Below, piece after piece: positions 21,023 through 23,409 of a stretch of DNA of 23,409 nucleotides. Within the stretch, counting starts at the first letter, position 1, and each line of letters begins with the position of its first letter. Position numbers and translations under genes: made by a program. The notes below the pieces were generated by a model. The model saw only the letters and a list, made by a program, of their open reading frames with translations. It was not told the DNA's origin and searched no databases. This DNA is from Chiloscyllium plagiosum (taxonomy: Eukaryota): the NCBI RefSeq assembly GCF_004010195.1, contig NC_057718.1:36254501-36277909 (forward strand), given 5' to 3'.

Positions 21023-23184
21023 ATGGAAGGGGAGTTTGATAAAGAGTGTGAAGAATACGGAGGATGTTCTTCCGATTTAATGTTGCCCGTAAAACAGCAG
21101 TGGGGTAAAGCCAGAAGTCAGTTAGTCAGTGGGCTCGCAAAGAACAAACAAAAAATAATGATGGAGAAATATGATAAGATTTGGGAGGAATTACAGAAAC
21201 AGGGCAAAGTCCCTAAAGATCAGGAGAGGAAGAAATTGTCAGTGTTTTTAGGAAAAGCAGAAGAGCAAGCTAAATTAGAAGTAGAAGAGCACAAGAAGGG
21301 AAAGAAAGGATCAATATTAGTTAGAAGAAAGTGAACAAAAGAAGGCGGGGAGAAAGAAGAGAGGAGGATTCATCTGCACAACATGACGTTAGCCTGTACG
21401 GCGGTAGAAACATTACAAAAGAGAGTAGGTGGTACCTCTACAACAGAATTGACAAAGGAGTCGGAAAAGTTAGGACCATCCGCGCCATTATATCCTAAAT
21501 TGCCTGTGATATAATCACCGCCCCCATATCCTGTAATACAAATGCTGCTTATGTATGTTCAAGAAGGGGTGTTAGATGTGCAAGAAGTAGGAACAAGAGA
21601 GTACATCGTAGTAAAACAGAGACTGGCGGAAGCTGTAGAAGAAAGCATCAGAAAAGTAGAAAAATTAACACTAGAAGTTGATCAGAGGGTTAAGGAAGCG
21701 GAGGAAGCAAACGGGGATAATGATGCACAGTAGAAACCAAGAACAGCCAAAACAGGGGCGATGTTTAGCAGTGCAGGAGCCAGATGCTCATTCAACACCG
21801 TATAGTACTGAGAATGAAAAGAGGGGAAGATTACATGATTCAGGTCAGTTATTGGATGATGGGTTCTCAGACAGAAGAAGGAGAGATTTGAGGGAAGAAC
21901 GGGATAGAGAGAAATTGGATGGGGAGGAGTCTAAAAGTAGTATAGATATTGAGGACGAAGAATCCCTGACAGACGATGATCCAAACACCTACCCAGTCAC
22001 CTTGAAAGGCTCACTCACAATGCATACCGAACATGGCCCTTCACTGAAGCCCCTCCCTGAACCAAGTTACAACTTGCGTCAAAGAGACACATTACGACAA
22101 CCTATAAAGTATCAGCACCACCAAATGCCATTAATTTACAGAGGCTCTTATCTGGGGAATGTTTATCAGCCCTTTACATATACTGATATGAATTGTATCC
22201 TGGATAGAATGCCCCCACCCATGGAGGGAGGTGGGCCCTGGATGACAAAATTTTCTCAATATACACTAGGTCACAAGTTAGCTATGGGCGATTGGAGAGC
22301 ATTGTTGGGCAAGCAATTGAGTAGGTGGGAAATACGGCAGATTGAAGCGTCTGCGGGGACCACCTTATTACCTGATTCGGACCCGTTTGCGCAGCATGCC
22401 ACCTGTGTGGGAAAGGCAATGAGGGAGAGATTCCCGATTCCACCGGGAGCGATGCACTCGCTCACCTTCGCAATGAAGGAGGGTGAGGATATGCCTGCCT
22501 TTTTGGCTAGGTGTAAGGACACGTGGACAGATACTGCGGAGAGCCATCCAGGGTCGGGTCAGTTACAGACCACGTTATTTAGGAACGCAGTTATGGCAGG
22601 GATGCCTAAGGAAGTAAAAGAGGCAATGGAGACTAATCCTGACATCCCAGGTTGTTCTACAGAACAGTGGGAAAAACATTTGACGCACCACATGAAGCGT
22701 TACAGGACAAAACAGGATGATGATAAACAGAGTAATGAGTCAGCTCAAGTGCAGTTGTTGAAGTTACAGCTCGATGAGGCTAGGAGGAAGGCTAATGATA
22801 CAAAGAAGGCCTCCCAAAAGACGACTAATCAGATGGTTCAGCGGCCGTTGCCATAAAACAACCCGCCGAGTTTAAACCCAACACCTGATTGGATGCCACC
22901 CTACCCCCAATATGGGGGCAGGCTTATAGGGCCGCGGAGGACTCAGAGGTCAGCCACCCAACACCTGTTTTGAGTGTGGCCAACCCGGGCATTGGAGAAG
23001 GGATTGTCTCATGTTGTGGGGAACCCAGGGAGGCCAGGGATTGATCCGAGGACGGTATCTCCGTGCAAGTCAGCCTCCTTCTCAACAGGCTGTTCAGCCT
23101 TATCAAGTCCCAAATGCAGCTGCAGCCCCGGTGCAAGGATAGTACCCCCAAACTATGCTGGAAGGGCAGGGGTATGAATATTGA
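21023..23184 (+). pseudogene. gag: Retroviral gag, disrupted
   Basis: ATG in AAAATGG context. 21023-21733 is one frame with stops at 21332, 21512 and 21731; a +1 shift leads to ORF 21678-22856 (capsid-like from PLIYRG at 22128); a further shift near 22925 leads to CFECGQPGHWRRDC. Extra TAG at 23140; probable natural stop TGA at 23182-23184. Confidence 0.88.
22966..23007 (+). other. Nucleocapsid CCHC zinc knuckle
   Basis: CFECGQPGHWRRDC fits Cx2Cx4Hx4C; single copy, preceded by GRGG. Confidence 0.95.
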
Positions 23185-23409
23185 CGGGGCCCGAGAGCCC
23201 AGGGGCATGTGGGGTTGGCAGACCCCTATATGCAAATGAGAGTAATGGACAAGAATCTGTCTTTTTTGGTTGACACAGGTGCAAGATTTTCTACCATCAC
23301 TTGTGATATACCTCGGTCAAGCATGTCATCCTCTAGCGTCCAGTTAGTAGGGTTCTCGGGTAAACCAGAAAATCTGCCTTTGACATCGCCACTGATCACA
23401 TCAGTGGCC
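23185..23409 (+). CDS. pro: Retroviral aspartic protease, N-terminal part of pol (open to window end)
   Basis: RGPRAQGHVGLADPYMQMRVMDKNLSFLVDTGARFSTIT...VQLVGFSG...; DTG at 23272-23280; same frame as the zinc knuckle. Confidence 0.92.

Larger units (their letters stand above)
19644..23409 (+). mobile_element. Endogenous retrovirus, 5' portion (LTR-PBS-leader-gag-pro), truncated by the window end
   Basis: Ordered LTR ending in CA, tRNA-Trp PBS, splice donor, gag with late motifs and CCHC knuckle, and an in-frame aspartic protease. Confidence 0.92.

Overview
Repeat-dense, AT-rich, CpG-depleted vertebrate DNA, most likely from an elasmobranch (shark), inferred from HE1/V-SINE copies, HER1/CR1-type LINEs and a Deu-domain SINE. 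Bases 1-19640 are a mosaic of decayed elements: CR1, L2/CR1-like and RTE LINE fragments, tRNA-derived SINEs, a decayed minus-strand Gypsy retrotransposon, and four Penelope-like element ends that retain hammerhead-ribozyme core motifs. Two of these ends are fold-back insertions with 14-15 bp target-site duplications. No intact host gene is recognisable; there is one weak candidate terminal exon. From about 19644 to the window end lies the 5' half of an endogenous retrovirus. It has a CpG-rich LTR with a triplicated GC-box/E-box/CRE/E2F/ETS module, a perfect tRNA-Trp primer-binding site, and a leader of at least 820 nt containing a 58-bp tandem array of tRNA-T-arm-like hairpins. These are followed by a disrupted gag (PSAP, LYPKL and PPPY late motifs; one CCHC knuckle) and an in-frame protease after a UGA-CGG stop. 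Family names come from recalled consensus features, not database searches, and boundaries of old repeats are approximate.
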